A stretch of 64,000 nt of DNA, from contig CAZMGB010000003.1 of the NCBI GenBank assembly GCA_964565775.1, positions 30,079 to 94,078 on the forward strand, in the 5' to 3' direction. The notes beneath the pieces are model-generated. The model was not told the DNA's origin, did no database searches, and was given only the letters and a program-made list of their open reading frames with translations. Origin of the DNA: an uncultured Dehalococcoidia bacterium (GTDB lineage Bacteria; Chloroflexota; Dehalococcoidia; DSTF01; JALHUB01). This document shows positions 10,310-20,700 of the stretch, one piece after another; position 1 is the stretch's first letter, and the number at the start of each line of letters is the position of its first letter. A program made the position numbers and the translations under genes.

Positions 10310-10322
10310 CGCTTCCGCACTC

Positions 10323-11186
10323 TCACTTGAGGCCGCGTCTCCCGCCCGCGCGAGGGCCACGCGCCCGGCGCCAGGGCAGGAAGCGACGCCGCTGCTCCGG
10401 CGAAGGCTCGGCCTTAGCAGGTGCAGGCTTTCTCCTTTTCGCAGCGGATCGGAGCCTCGCCAGCTCCAAAGGGTGCTCCTCTTCCATGCGATGGCGCGTG
10501 ATGCGCCCGGTAAAGATGCTCAAGTCCCCCGGGAACTGGCCCGGGCTCAAGAGGACGCTATAGAGATGCCAGGTGGCGATCACCAGCAGGGCCAGCGTCG
10601 CCTCGCCGCCGTGGGCCTCGCGGGCTGCCGCCACCAGCTCCCCTGGGAAGAGCTCCGTGAACACGGTGGGAAACCACAGGATGAGGCCCGTGGCGATCAT
10701 GATGCTGGTGCCGAAGATGACGCCCCAGTACTCGAACTTCTGCCGATACTCATAGCGGTCGAACCTGGGCCGAGCGGGCGCCAGCCCCAACGAGTACCGA
10801 AGCATGGTCAGGGCGTCGAAGAAGTCCTTGACGCTGGGCACCATAGCGGGGCGGAGGCGCCCCCGCAGCGCGGAGAACCCGATCTCGGCAACGTGATAGA
10901 AGGCCTGCCCGATGAGGATCACCGCGAAGACACGGTGGATGAATCGAGCGTTGTCAATGCCGCCCAGTCGATCGATCGTCCACGTCGCCAGAGGCAAGTC
11001 CGGGTATTTCTGCGGCAGGCCGGTAACTACCAGAACTACGAAGCTGGCGAGCAACACAGCGTGCTGAGCCCGCTGACTGACGTTGAAGCGGATGTACCAG
11101 TCTGGCTCGCGCGGCGCAGCGCGGCGCGCCGCCGGTCGCGCGGCCGACCTCGGCCTCCATCGTTCACCCGTCATCGCCGTCCTCAT
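10323..11186 (-). CDS. Dihaem cytochrome b, FdnI/HydC family (paralogue of 5985-6998)
   Basis: Clearly alignable with 5985-6998 ('[10 protein letters not shown]', '[19 protein letters not shown]', '[17 protein letters not shown]'). Confidence 0.8.
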   Translation of the reverse strand: MRTAMTGERWRPRSAARPAARRAAPREPDWYIRFNVSQRAQHAVLLASFVVLVVTGLPQKYPDLPLATWTIDRLGGIDNARFIHRVFAVILIGQAFYHVAEIGFSALRGRLRPAMVPSVKDFFDALTMLRYSLGLAPARPRFDRYEYRQKFEYWGVIFGTSIMIATGLILWFPTVFTELFPGELVAAAREAHGGEATLALLVIATWHLYSVLLSPGQFPGDLSIFTGRITRHRMEEEHPLELARLRSAAKRRKPAPAKAEPSPEQRRRFLPWRRARGPRAGGRRGLK

Positions 11187-11195
11187 GGCAGCCCC

Positions 11196-12434
11196 CTACC
11201 GGTTCCGGGCCAGACGCCACACGTCGAGGGTGATGTGCAATATCAGTCCGCCAATGACCAACGGGATGACGAGCCGGTAGAACCAGCGCACGGCGAAGAC
11301 CATTGGCGTCCGCGACAGGGTGGGTTCATAGTGCGAAAGCCAGGCCGAGGGGAAGTTGGGCCCGGCATCCGGATGGCAGCGCTGGCAGGTAGAAAGCAGA
11401 TTCGCCTTCATAACGGGTGACTGCGAACTCTTCACGCTCACGATGTCATGCACGCCGTGGCAGTCGGTGCAGACGGGCGTGTCCGGCCACACCCGGCTCG
11501 ACTGGCGCTTGTAGAAAGCAAAGGTCTTGCCATGGAAGTCGTCCAGGTAGGTCTTGAGGACGTTGGTGGAGATGCCGTACTTCGACATGCGCTCCTCGTC
11601 ACTGTGGCACTGAGCACAGATGTCCACTGAGCCGAGACGGAAGGCGGGCCTCTCCGGGTTCTCAATCTCATGGACTCCGTGGCAGTCAGTGCACACGGGG
11701 ACGTCCGGGTTGTCTTTGCCCAGAAGAAGGCCGCCGTGGACGCTCTTGGCATATTCGTCGTAGATGGCGCCGTGACAGCTAGCGCACCTCTCCGCTATGC
11801 GCCTTCGGGGCTCGTCCGGCGAGGTGATATCGTGGGACCCGTGGCAGTCGGCGCAGGTCGGAGCCTCCTTTCGTCCCGCCACCAGCACAGCGTAGTGGAC
11901 GCTGTCCAGAGTCTTGGCGTAGTTCTCGAAATGGCAACGGCCGCACACCTGGTAGTAGCCCAGGACATAGTCACGGTGGTTGGCTACCTCGAGCGGCGGG
12001 TGAGGGTAGTGGGTCTGCGCCGGGTGACAGGCGTCGCAGCTCACGCGGCCACCGTGGACCGATTCCTCGAAGGCCTGAATGTCCACGTCGAGGGGAAGCA
12101 CTTCGCCGCTGGCAAATGTGATGCTGAAGCTCCGGTCGCTGTGGCAATCTAGGCACGCGGGCGCGACCTGGGGCTCTCCTCCCCCCTCGTCTGCAGGCGC
12201 TCGGTTCTGAGCAGGCCCGGCGCGAAGGGCTGCGTCGGGCGCGGGCGAGCTGGCAGAGAGCAGTTGCGTCGGACCCTCCGCCTCCGCCGACCCCGAACCC
12301 AGCCACCAGGCTAACCCCCAGCCGAGCATGGCGCAGGCCAGTCCTGCTGCCAGGCCCACCACCCATCGAAGCCACGGTACCGCTCGCGCCGAGGGGTACT
12401 GGCGCCGCGCTCGCATCGTACTACTACCGTTCAC
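11196..12434 (-). CDS. Nonahaem c-type cytochrome with N-terminal anchor and C-terminal TM helix (paralogous, expanded version of 5172-5981)
   Basis: Nine CXXCH motifs. The C-terminal 'FPSAWLSHYEPTLSRTPMVFAVRWFYRLVIPLVIGG' is homologous to the 5172 protein. It sits upstream of cyt b, HK and RR on the same strand with short gaps or overlaps. Confidence 0.8.
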   Translation of the reverse strand: MNGSSTMRARRQYPSARAVPWLRWVVGLAAGLACAMLGWGLAWWLGSGSAEAEGPTQLLSASSPAPDAALRAGPAQNRAPADEGGGEPQVAPACLDCHSDRSFSITFASGEVLPLDVDIQAFEESVHGGRVSCDACHPAQTHYPHPPLEVANHRDYVLGYYQVCGRCHFENYAKTLDSVHYAVLVAGRKEAPTCADCHGSHDITSPDEPRRRIAERCASCHGAIYDEYAKSVHGGLLLGKDNPDVPVCTDCHGVHEIENPERPAFRLGSVDICAQCHSDEERMSKYGISTNVLKTYLDDFHGKTFAFYKRQSSRVWPDTPVCTDCHGVHDIVSVKSSQSPVMKANLLSTCQRCHPDAGPNFPSAWLSHYEPTLSRTPMVFAVRWFYRLVIPLVIGGLILHITLDVWRLARNR

Positions 12435-12698
12435 TTCATTGGCATGCTATCGCGCTCGGGCAGGCGTGGCTATCACCCGGTAGAGCTATTGTGGCTACTC
12501 CCTTTCACATCGCGATGTAGGCCGTTTGGCCCGTCCCCAAAGCTCGCGGAGACGGCAGACACTTCGCCGGCGGCGCCTCAGGTGCACCAGACTCTGCATC
12601 CTTCAGGTGGCCAAATGCATCTGTCGGGGAATAGGCACCGCTGGAGCGTTCCCACTACGATCGATGTCGACGGCAGCCTAGAAATGAAAGGGGTGCAT
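12435..12698. promoter_or_regulatory. Divergent intergenic/promoter region between the cytochrome operon (- strand) and the TPR gene (+ strand)
   Basis: 264-nt non-coding gap between divergent gene starts. A Shine-Dalgarno 'AAAGGGG' lies 7 nt before the ATG at 12699. No promoter consensus could be verified by eye. Confidence 0.3.
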
Positions 12699-13628
12699 AT
12701 GGCGCGAAGCCGCCTCACAGCAATTCTCGAAAGATGGCTGAGCCGTGGCATTCCGCTGGCAGCAGGGCTTGCGATAGTGCTGGGCCTGGCTGCGGCTATC
12801 GTCCTCGTCCAGGACCAGTTCTTCTCCTCTTCCCCCTCCGACTTGGAACGCAACGAGCAGGAGCTACGAGAGGCCATTCTCAAGAGTCCCGACGACCCTG
12901 ACCTTCGCGTGTCGCTGGCCAACGTGTACCTGCAAGAGCAAAAGTACGACGAGGCCATAGCCCAGTACAGCGGCGTGCTGGAGGTCGATGAGAATCGGCA
13001 AGACGCCCTGATGGGCCTGGGTGTGGCGTATCGGGAGACGGGCGACAGCGAGCAGGCCGTCACGGCGTTCACCAAGTTCGTCGAGTTGAACAAGGACAGC
13101 CCGTATGCCGACGTCGACCGCCGGCTGGAGGCCGTTCACTTCTACCTGGGCGAGATCTATTTGGAGCGCAATGAGCCGGACAAGGCGGTGGAGGAGCTGG
13201 AGGCGGCCCTGGCCATTGAGCCTGCCGATGCTGACGCCCTCTACCTCCTGGGCAACGGTCTTCGCGCTCAAGAGGACTACGAAGGGGCGATCGACGCTTA
13301 CGGCCTGGCTACGAGCTTCGTGCCCGACTTCAAGGAAGCGTACGAAGGCATGGCCGCGGCCGCCGATAAGCAGGGCGACTCGCTGACGGCCACCTACGCC
13401 CGCGCCATGGCGCGTCTCTCCTCCGGTGACGTGGACACCGCTGTGCAAGAGCTGGAGGAGGTCGTCGAACAGTCGCCCGACATTGCCGGCGCTTACTTCG
13501 GCCTCGGCTACGGGTACGAGCAACTGGGCCAGACAGACAAAGCCGTAGCCGCGTACCAGAAGTCAGTGGACACCGATCCCCGCCAATACGCGGCCCAAAG
13601 CGCCCTCGCGCGCCTAGGCGCCGAGTAG
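12699..13628 (+). CDS. TPR-repeat protein with N-terminal membrane anchor
   Basis: N-terminal TM 'IPLAAGLAIVLGLAAAIVLV' followed by about seven TPR-like repeats (recurring A..Y...L pattern). The ORF track starts at 12444 but lacks an SD; 12699 is preferred. Confidence 0.7.
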   Translation: MARSRLTAILERWLSRGIPLAAGLAIVLGLAAAIVLVQDQFFSSSPSDLERNEQELREAILKSPDDPDLRVSLANVYLQEQKYDEAIAQYSGVLEVDENRQDALMGLGVAYRETGDSEQAVTAFTKFVELNKDSPYADVDRRLEAVHFYLGEIYLERNEPDKAVEELEAALAIEPADADALYLLGNGLRAQEDYEGAIDAYGLATSFVPDFKEAYEGMAAAADKQGDSLTATYARAMARLSSGDVDTAVQELEEVVEQSPDIAGAYFGLGYGYEQLGQTDKAVAAYQKSVDTDPRQYAAQSALARLGAE

Positions 13629-13636
13629 AAGATCCC

Positions 13637-14686
13637 ATGGCTACCGCCAAGCGCTGGAAGCGCATCGACAGCACCGCCTGGCCCAGCAGACGTGGTCTGC
13701 GGCGTCGCAAGAGGGAACGACGCGGCCTCCTCCTAAGAGGCCTGCTCCTTCTCGTCATCCTCATCTTCGGCGGCTGGGCTGCCTGGTACCTGCTGGGGCA
13801 AGTCGGCGAGAAGATCCAGGTGCTGGGTATCACCGCTGGCGCTGAGGGGCCCAGCTACCGGTCGTCAATACCGGATGTCGGACGGCCACTGGCCGTTGCC
13901 ACCAGCCCCGATGGGCGCCTCGTCTACGCAGGCGAGAGCGGCGGCCGCTACGCAGTCCGCATCTTTGACAGGCAGGGCACGGAGGTGGGGAACATCGGCG
14001 CGCCCGATTCGGCTCGGGGCTGGGTTGCCGTGGACATAGCTGTGGCGAGAACCGGCGAGGTGTACGTGGTAGACGGCGTGGGTGGCGGCATCTACATCTT
14101 CTCCCCGGAGGGCGAGTTCCTACGCACCCTGCCGCCGCCAGAAGGCGTAGAGATGTGGGCACCTTCAGCCCTGGCCTTCGATGACACGGGCAACCTGTAC
14201 GTGACCGAGCGGTTCGAGCTCGCTTCGGAGAGCCGACACCGCGTGCTGGTCTTTGGCCCGGATGGCGAGCTGCTCCGGCAGTTTGGTGAGAAAGGCACTG
14301 GCCCTGGCAAGCTCAACTACCCCAGCGGCATCGCTGTAGACGAGCAAGGCCGGGTGTACGTCACCAACATGACGGGTGGCGTGGATGTGTTCACGTCAGA
14401 GGGCCAGTACATCACCCGCTTCGGAGTGGCGCAAGGGGAAGAAGGAGTAGGAGTTGCCCGCGGGCTCGCCCTGGACCAGGAGGGGCGGCTCTACGTGGTG
14501 GACGTCACGGGCCAGCAAGTGAAAGTGTACGACACCACCAGCGATGAGTTTCCGGCCCTCTACTCATTCGGCTCGTTCGGCCTGGAGGGGGGTGAGTTCC
14601 GCTTCCCGGCAGGCGTCGCAGTGGACGCCAGCGGTCGTATCTACGTGGCCGACAGGGAGAACTACCGGGTACAGATATGGTCCTAG
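13637..14686 (+). CDS. NHL-repeat beta-propeller protein, membrane-anchored
   Basis: N-terminal TM, then six repeats of the 'P.G.AVD..G.(V/L)YV.D..N.R.(V/I)...' NHL pattern. Confidence 0.75.
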   Translation: MATAKRWKRIDSTAWPSRRGLRRRKRERRGLLLRGLLLLVILIFGGWAAWYLLGQVGEKIQVLGITAGAEGPSYRSSIPDVGRPLAVATSPDGRLVYAGESGGRYAVRIFDRQGTEVGNIGAPDSARGWVAVDIAVARTGEVYVVDGVGGGIYIFSPEGEFLRTLPPPEGVEMWAPSALAFDDTGNLYVTERFELASESRHRVLVFGPDGELLRQFGEKGTGPGKLNYPSGIAVDEQGRVYVTNMTGGVDVFTSEGQYITRFGVAQGEEGVGVARGLALDQEGRLYVVDVTGQQVKVYDTTSDEFPALYSFGSFGLEGGEFRFPAGVAVDASGRIYVADRENYRVQIWS

Positions 14687-14799
14687 CCAACGGGCTACCA
14701 GCCTTTGGCGGCCATCCTTGTGTTGACCGTACCGTGCGCAAGTCAGGCGCTTACCGGTTGTCAGAGGGCGCTGATCCTCGAATAGAAAGGAGGTGATAC

Positions 14800-16002
14800 A
14801 TGAGAGTAAGCAAGAAAGCAGGGAAATGGTGTGTTGTTCTCGGCCTGGCGATCGGGCTGGTGTCCGCTGCGGCGTTTGGGGCCGTACCCACGGCCTCGGC
14901 TAACGGTGGCCCCCATGGGGGCTACCTCCCCGACACAGACGCGTGTGCCGGGTGTCACAGGGCACATACCGCCGCCGCCGACTTGCTCTTGAAGGAGGGG
15001 ACCACTTCGGACCTCTGCTTCTCGTGTCACGACACCTCGATGGCGACCACCGACGTTCGGGACGGCGTCATCTACGGTACTACTACCCTTCTCTCCGGTG
15101 GCGGCTTCGCCTACGCCCCCGATCCGAACTGGAATGCGGGCACCAACTCCTGGGACTGGAGCACTTCCAACACCGGAGTCGCCACCCACGGCGTCGGCGC
15201 CAGCGGAACTGCTTGGGGCGGGGCCAGTTCAGGCACGGGAGTCACCGGTGTCCTGGAGTGCACGAGTTGCCACAATCCGCATGGGAGCACCAACTGGCGC
15301 ATCCTGCGGGACAACAACAACGGCTACCCTTACGACCCGGCGAAGCACCGCTGGATCCCGGACAACACGGAGCTACTGGACTGGGTTGGCGAGCAGGTTG
15401 TGGCCGTGCCCGATGACACGGGCGCGAAGAACTACACCCGCCAGGACATCGGACCCTACACCGGGCTCGTCACCTTCGGGGCCGGCGGTGAACCGGCTAC
15501 CACGCTGGGCATGAGCGCGTTCTGCGCCACCTGCCACAAGCAGTACCTGACGAAGAGCGGATCCTACGAGTACCCGTCCACCGACGCGGATCACTACGTG
15601 TACCCGGGCACTCAGGATGCCAACGACGGCAACGGCGACGTGGCAAGGTACCGGCACGCGATGCTGCACAACCACGGCTCCCCGGCGAGCTACAGCCCGC
15701 TGCGCAGGGGCGCGGTCGGCACCATCGCCACCGGAGAGGGCGGTGGCGCGCCCACCACCTGTACCGACGGCTTGGACAATGAAAGCGACGGGAAGATCGA
15801 CCTCGCTGACAGTGACTGTGTCGTCGACTACGGCGCTACACCGACGTACACAGCCATGACGTGCCTGACGTGCCACTTTGCGCACGGCAGTGCTGCCGCG
15901 GCCTCAGGGTACGCTGCAAGCGTGGACCCCACGAACGACAACGCCCTCCTCTACTACGACAACCGTGGCGTGTGCAGGGCCTGCCACCAGAAGGACAAAT
16001 AG
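14800..16002 (+). CDS. Secreted hexahaem c-type cytochrome with Asp-rich Cys-bounded loop
   Basis: Strong SD 'AAAGGAGGTG' 7 nt upstream. Signal peptide. Six CXXCH motifs (CAGCH, CFSCH, CTSCH, CATCH, CLTCH, CRACH). 'CTDGLDNESDGKIDLADSDC' is a Ca-binding-like loop. Confidence 0.85.
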   Translation: MRVSKKAGKWCVVLGLAIGLVSAAAFGAVPTASANGGPHGGYLPDTDACAGCHRAHTAAADLLLKEGTTSDLCFSCHDTSMATTDVRDGVIYGTTTLLSGGGFAYAPDPNWNAGTNSWDWSTSNTGVATHGVGASGTAWGGASSGTGVTGVLECTSCHNPHGSTNWRILRDNNNGYPYDPAKHRWIPDNTELLDWVGEQVVAVPDDTGAKNYTRQDIGPYTGLVTFGAGGEPATTLGMSAFCATCHKQYLTKSGSYEYPSTDADHYVYPGTQDANDGNGDVARYRHAMLHNHGSPASYSPLRRGAVGTIATGEGGGAPTTCTDGLDNESDGKIDLADSDCVVDYGATPTYTAMTCLTCHFAHGSAAAASGYAASVDPTNDNALLYYDNRGVCRACHQKDK

Positions 16003-16019
16003 GCCTGCACCAGGAAGGT

Positions 16020-16050
16020 GGCCGGCTGGGGCTAGCGTGCCCCGCCGGCC
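16020..16050 (+). terminator. GC-rich hairpin (11-bp stem with one bulge) downstream of the hexahaem cytochrome gene
   Basis: GGCCGGC-T-GGGG / CCCC-GCCGGCC inverted repeat. No U-run follows. Confidence 0.3.
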
Positions 16051-16087
16051 GCCCGGCCTTCCCCTTCCGGTAACGGAGCACTAGGCG

Positions 16088-17641
16088 ATGAGGCAGTACA
16101 GGCGGGTAGACAAGACCAGGCCCGCCAGCGGGATGCCTCATGCCGCCCGGAGCGTCTCCCGCTTGTGGACGGACCGCCGCACTCTGCCCCGGGCCTGGCT
16201 GCTGGTTTCTGTCCTCGTCGGCCTGGTGCTCGCCGAAGCGACCGTGTGGGGGTGGTTCACCCTCCGTCCCGAACTCGGCCCCTCCGTCATGACCGACGAG
16301 AACTGCAGTCGCAAGGGCTGCCACCAGCGGGCCGCGGACGACGCCGCCATCTACGTGGCCGTAGACGGCAAGGAGATCCTGCCGAACCAGCCCGTCTCGG
16401 TAACAGCAGGCGACCTCTTCGAAGTTGACTTCCATTTCACCGGGATGGTGGGTGACCCAGACCGGTTCAGCCGGGTGGGGATGGAGATCGTTGTGCCGGA
16501 TGACCCGCCCTGGAGAGTAGCGGCCGGCACTCTCGCGCACCCAGAAGAGTGGTCCTCGTCTGGAATAGGCGGCAGCCTCTGGAGCCCGGCTTGGGATCGC
16601 GCCGCCAACGGCGATGGCCCAACCGTCGCCGAGTGGGTGCAGTCGCCGGACCGAGCCAACGCGTACTACCTGAGCTGGGCGGCGGCCGTCGCTGCTGCGC
16701 CCGTCGGCCAGGAGTTCATCCTCAGCAACACGGTGGCCGACCAGGGCACCGACGGCAACGGAGACCCCGACGGCATCGCGGGACACGCCGGCGCCGACGC
16801 CCTAATCGCCGTCCCTCTGGATGCCGAGCCCGGGCTCTTCCACGTCGAGGTCTCGGGCGTCGGGCACACACTGGGACGGAAGCGGGCCAGAGTCTCGGCC
16901 ACCATAGCCATCTCCGTGACGCGGCCGCTGGCCACCGGGCCTTCGGTCACCACAAGGCCCGTCTCGGGCGTCGAGGTCTATCAGGAGAACTGCACGGGCT
17001 GCCACGGCGCCACACCCAACGCCGGCCTTCTGCAGAGTCTGCCCGCGGACGAAGCGGCAATCGCTCAGGCGATCCGCGAGGGCAACGACACCATGCCGCC
17101 ATACGCCTCCTCGGCGGGTGGCCCGTTGAGCGAGGAGGAGATACAGGCGGCGGTTCAGTACCTGCTGAACCAGGCCGAGCTGGCTGAGGTTCCAGGTGCC
17201 AGGCCCATTCCGCACGATGTCGCCGCAGCTTCTGACTGTCTGGCCTGTCACAGCGGCGAGCGGAAGCCCCCAAGCCACGAGACGTACGACGCCGAACAAT
17301 GCCTGAGCTGCCACACTCAGGGACCCGAGTGGATGAAGGGTCCGCCCATCGTCCACAGCCTGGAGAAACACCAGGATTGCCTGCGCTGTCACGTCGCCGG
17401 GGCGCCGATCGGCGTGCCGGCCACACACGCAGGGCGGACGAACCAGGACTGCTTGATCTGCCACGTGCCTGGCCCTGAGATACCTCCCATCCCCCATCCC
17501 CTTCCACCGGAGCCCATCTGTCTGTTCTGCCACGGGCCGGAGGGTAAGGCGCCGCTGCCCCCAAGCCATGAAGGTCGAGGCGAGGACGTCTGTCTCACGG
17601 CCTGCCACAGCCCGGGTGGCGACTCTCAGTCCGAGCCTTGA
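16088..17641 (+). CDS. Membrane-anchored multihaem c-type cytochrome containing a class-I (mono-haem 'CTGCHG...MPPY') domain plus a cytochrome-c3-like C-terminal region
   Basis: Six canonical CXXCH motifs, plus 'CSRKGCH' (CX4CH) and 'CLTACH' (CX3CH). N-terminal TM 'AWLLVSVLVGLVLA'. A start at M16 (16133) is possible. Confidence 0.8.
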   Translation: MRQYRRVDKTRPASGMPHAARSVSRLWTDRRTLPRAWLLVSVLVGLVLAEATVWGWFTLRPELGPSVMTDENCSRKGCHQRAADDAAIYVAVDGKEILPNQPVSVTAGDLFEVDFHFTGMVGDPDRFSRVGMEIVVPDDPPWRVAAGTLAHPEEWSSSGIGGSLWSPAWDRAANGDGPTVAEWVQSPDRANAYYLSWAAAVAAAPVGQEFILSNTVADQGTDGNGDPDGIAGHAGADALIAVPLDAEPGLFHVEVSGVGHTLGRKRARVSATIAISVTRPLATGPSVTTRPVSGVEVYQENCTGCHGATPNAGLLQSLPADEAAIAQAIREGNDTMPPYASSAGGPLSEEEIQAAVQYLLNQAELAEVPGARPIPHDVAAASDCLACHSGERKPPSHETYDAEQCLSCHTQGPEWMKGPPIVHSLEKHQDCLRCHVAGAPIGVPATHAGRTNQDCLICHVPGPEIPPIPHPLPPEPICLFCHGPEGKAPLPPSHEGRGEDVCLTACHSPGGDSQSEP

Positions 17642-17762
17642 TCCCGCGGGAGCCGGGGCAGCACCGAATCGCCCGAAGGGGCGCGCTCCCTGAACCCAAA
17701 GTAGCCTTCCCGATACACCTTCCGGGCGTTGTCGCGGCACTCGCCGTCTGCGTAGGGTAGTA

Positions 17763-20700
17763 GTGCGGGGATCTTCCTGCTTGCAAGTGAAAGCGAAGTG
17801 GTTGCATCTACTGGGAGCAGCGGCCGCCCTGGCCGCCGCTGCCCGCGTCTCGCGAGCAGCGCGCGTGTCAGTTGCTGCGCGAAGCGAGCCTCGGCCGACG
17901 ACGAAGGACGCGCCAGCCACGCCCCCTGCGGCGGAGCAACGGCGGAGAGGCCGGTTGCTGCTTCTGGGGCTGGCTCTAGCTCTCGGCCTTACACTCGTCC
18001 TCTCCCCAGTCCTCGCCAACGTTGTCCCTTCGAGCCTACCGGCGCTCCGGCGCGTGGCCGGGCAGCCGGAGTCTGCCCAGGTTGACGGGTCGGAGAGCCC
18101 CCACGGTCCTTTCGACGCCAGCACCGACAAGTGCGCGGCGTGTCACGCCAGCCACACTGCCACAGAGGCGGGACTCCTGACGGGTCGCAACGACGAGGAA
18201 TCTCAGAACCAGATCTGCACCCGCTGTCACGGCCCTGGAGGTGGGGCCGTGCAGGTTTCTACACACTCGAACAAGGGCTATGACGGAGCCACGGAGGCCC
18301 CCTTCTATCAGCTATGTACCGACTGCCACGACCCTCACTCCACGCCCAACGATGAATCGGGCGACAGCGTCAACGACCACCTGATCCTCTCCTCCATCGG
18401 CTCTTTCACGGTGCGCCTGGACGCCCAGTCCGGCGAGGACTCCTATGACGACGGGTTCGACGACGGCGAGCAGGACAGCGTTTGCGTCGCCTGTCACACC
18501 ACCACCAACCACAACACCAACACCAGCACTGAGCTCAGGGGCCAGGGTCACAACCCCGTCGGCACCGACTGCATCTCGTGCCATCCTCACGGCGAGGACC
18601 CGTCGACGCCGAGCGGCTTCATGCCCATCGGAGGAGACTGCCTCGGCTGCCACAGCTCGGCCCAGGGCGACCGCCGCCAGATCGTGGACGACCAGCAGAA
18701 CGGCCAGGGAAACGGCGGCGATTTCGTCCGGGCGTCGCACCACGTGCAGTCGGCGACGGGCACAGTGACCGCGACGGACTGTCTGGTCTGCCACGACATC
18801 TCGCAGCACCAGGGCGGCGATGTCCGCCTGAAGGACCCCGACAGCCCGGAGAGTATCATCGTCTACACCGATGGCGCCTCGCTGGAGAACTTCTGCGTCA
18901 ATTGCCACGACGCCGATGGGGCAGCGCAGGACACGACTCCCTTCAGCGACGGTGTGACGGTGCCCAACGTCAAAGGCCTGTCAGGGAGTACGTGGGCGGA
19001 TTCGGCGCACAAGACCGATGCCGAGAACCCACTGACCTGCTTCGGGGACGGGACGACGGGCTGCCACAGCAACGGCCACGGCTCGAACCTCCGCGCGCTG
19101 CTGGCACCCTACGACGGCTCTCCCGGGGAGGGCAACACCAACGAAGACGAAGGGTTCTGTTACTCCTGCCACGACAGCGACGGGCCCGCCTCCAGCGACG
19201 TTCAGAGTGACTTCGCCAGGCTGTCTCACCACATCGTCGACGGCACGAACGGCACGCAGCTAGAGTGCACCAACTGCCACAACCCTCATACCGCCACGAC
19301 CGCCTCACCGCTCGCCGACCCTGACGCTCCTGCGACGGTGTGGACCGGCGACGAACGTGACTTCTGCCTCCGCTGCCACGATGGTGATCCGCCCTCAACG
19401 GTGGTGTTCCCGGAGAGCGCCGCCGGTACAGGCTGGGACAAGAGCGCCATCGTCGGCACGACTCATGACAGCAGCCTGGGCGGTGTCTGCACCTCCTGCC
19501 ACCAGACGCACGGCGCTGACAACCAGTCACTGCTGATGGGGCAGTACAGCCGGCGCGGCAGCAATTGCGCCGATTGCCATAACCCGCATGGGCAGGATCC
19601 TTCCTACGATCCATCGGAGTACACAGCCTGTTGGCAGTGTCACGATCAGAACCTCGTCGTGCAACAGCCGAACGCCTTTGGCAACAACCACGATGAGCAC
19701 GTCGCAGGCGCCAACACGCCCTGCATCACCTGCCACGATGTCCACGCCCCCTACGACGCCGGAGAGAGCGGCCTCATCGACTTCGGCTGGGCAGACGAGA
19801 ACCGAATCGGCTTCAACTTGTCCTGGGACGGGAACAGCTATGACCTCAGCTCATCCTTCGTCGATAGCGGGGAGAACAAGGGCGAGTGCTACCTGAGCTG
19901 TCACAGCGAGGAGCACGTGCCCGAGGCGTACGAGGGTGTGGAAGTCGACACGACGTTCGGTGGAGCCAGCGCATCCCTACTGGCTCCATCCGTAACGCCT
20001 ACGGCGTCCCTTACGCCCAGCCCGGCAGTCGAAGCCAGTCCGACCCCCACCTCCGTCTTCCCGCCCACGCCGACACCGACACCCACGCCCACGCCGACGG
20101 CGTCGCCCACAGCCACCCTTTCGCCTACGCCATCAGCGACGCCTACTGCCACTCACACCCCTACGCCGACAGCGACAGCGTCGCCCACAGCTCTCGCCAC
20201 GCCGACGGCCTCGCCGTTGCCGGTGCCGGCTCCCGGTCCCGGCCTCCGCCTCGACGGAGACCAGGATCTCTCCGTCCTCGGCGGCGCGCCGGGCGATGGC
20301 GCAGGCTATGCCCTGGCCAGGGGCGATGTCAACGGAGACGGCAGGGGCGATCTGATCATCGGGGCCCGCGACGCCGATGCCGGAGCAAGGATCGACGCCG
20401 GCAAGACCTACGTTATCTTCGGCGCCACCGATCTCCCGCCGACGCTGGATCTATCGGGAGATTCGGTGGGGCTCACCGTCACCGGCCGGGGCGCCGGGGG
20501 CCGCTCCGGAACATCGTTGGCGGCGGCCGACCTGAACGGAGACGGTATCGACGACCTGATAATCGGTGCGCCGGGCGCCGATGCGAACGGCGCGGCGTAC
20601 GGCGGACGAGGCGAAACCTACGTCATCTATGGCGGCGACGATCTGCCCTCGACCATCGACCTCGCGTCCGACTCCGCCGACGTCACCATCTCCGACGGCG

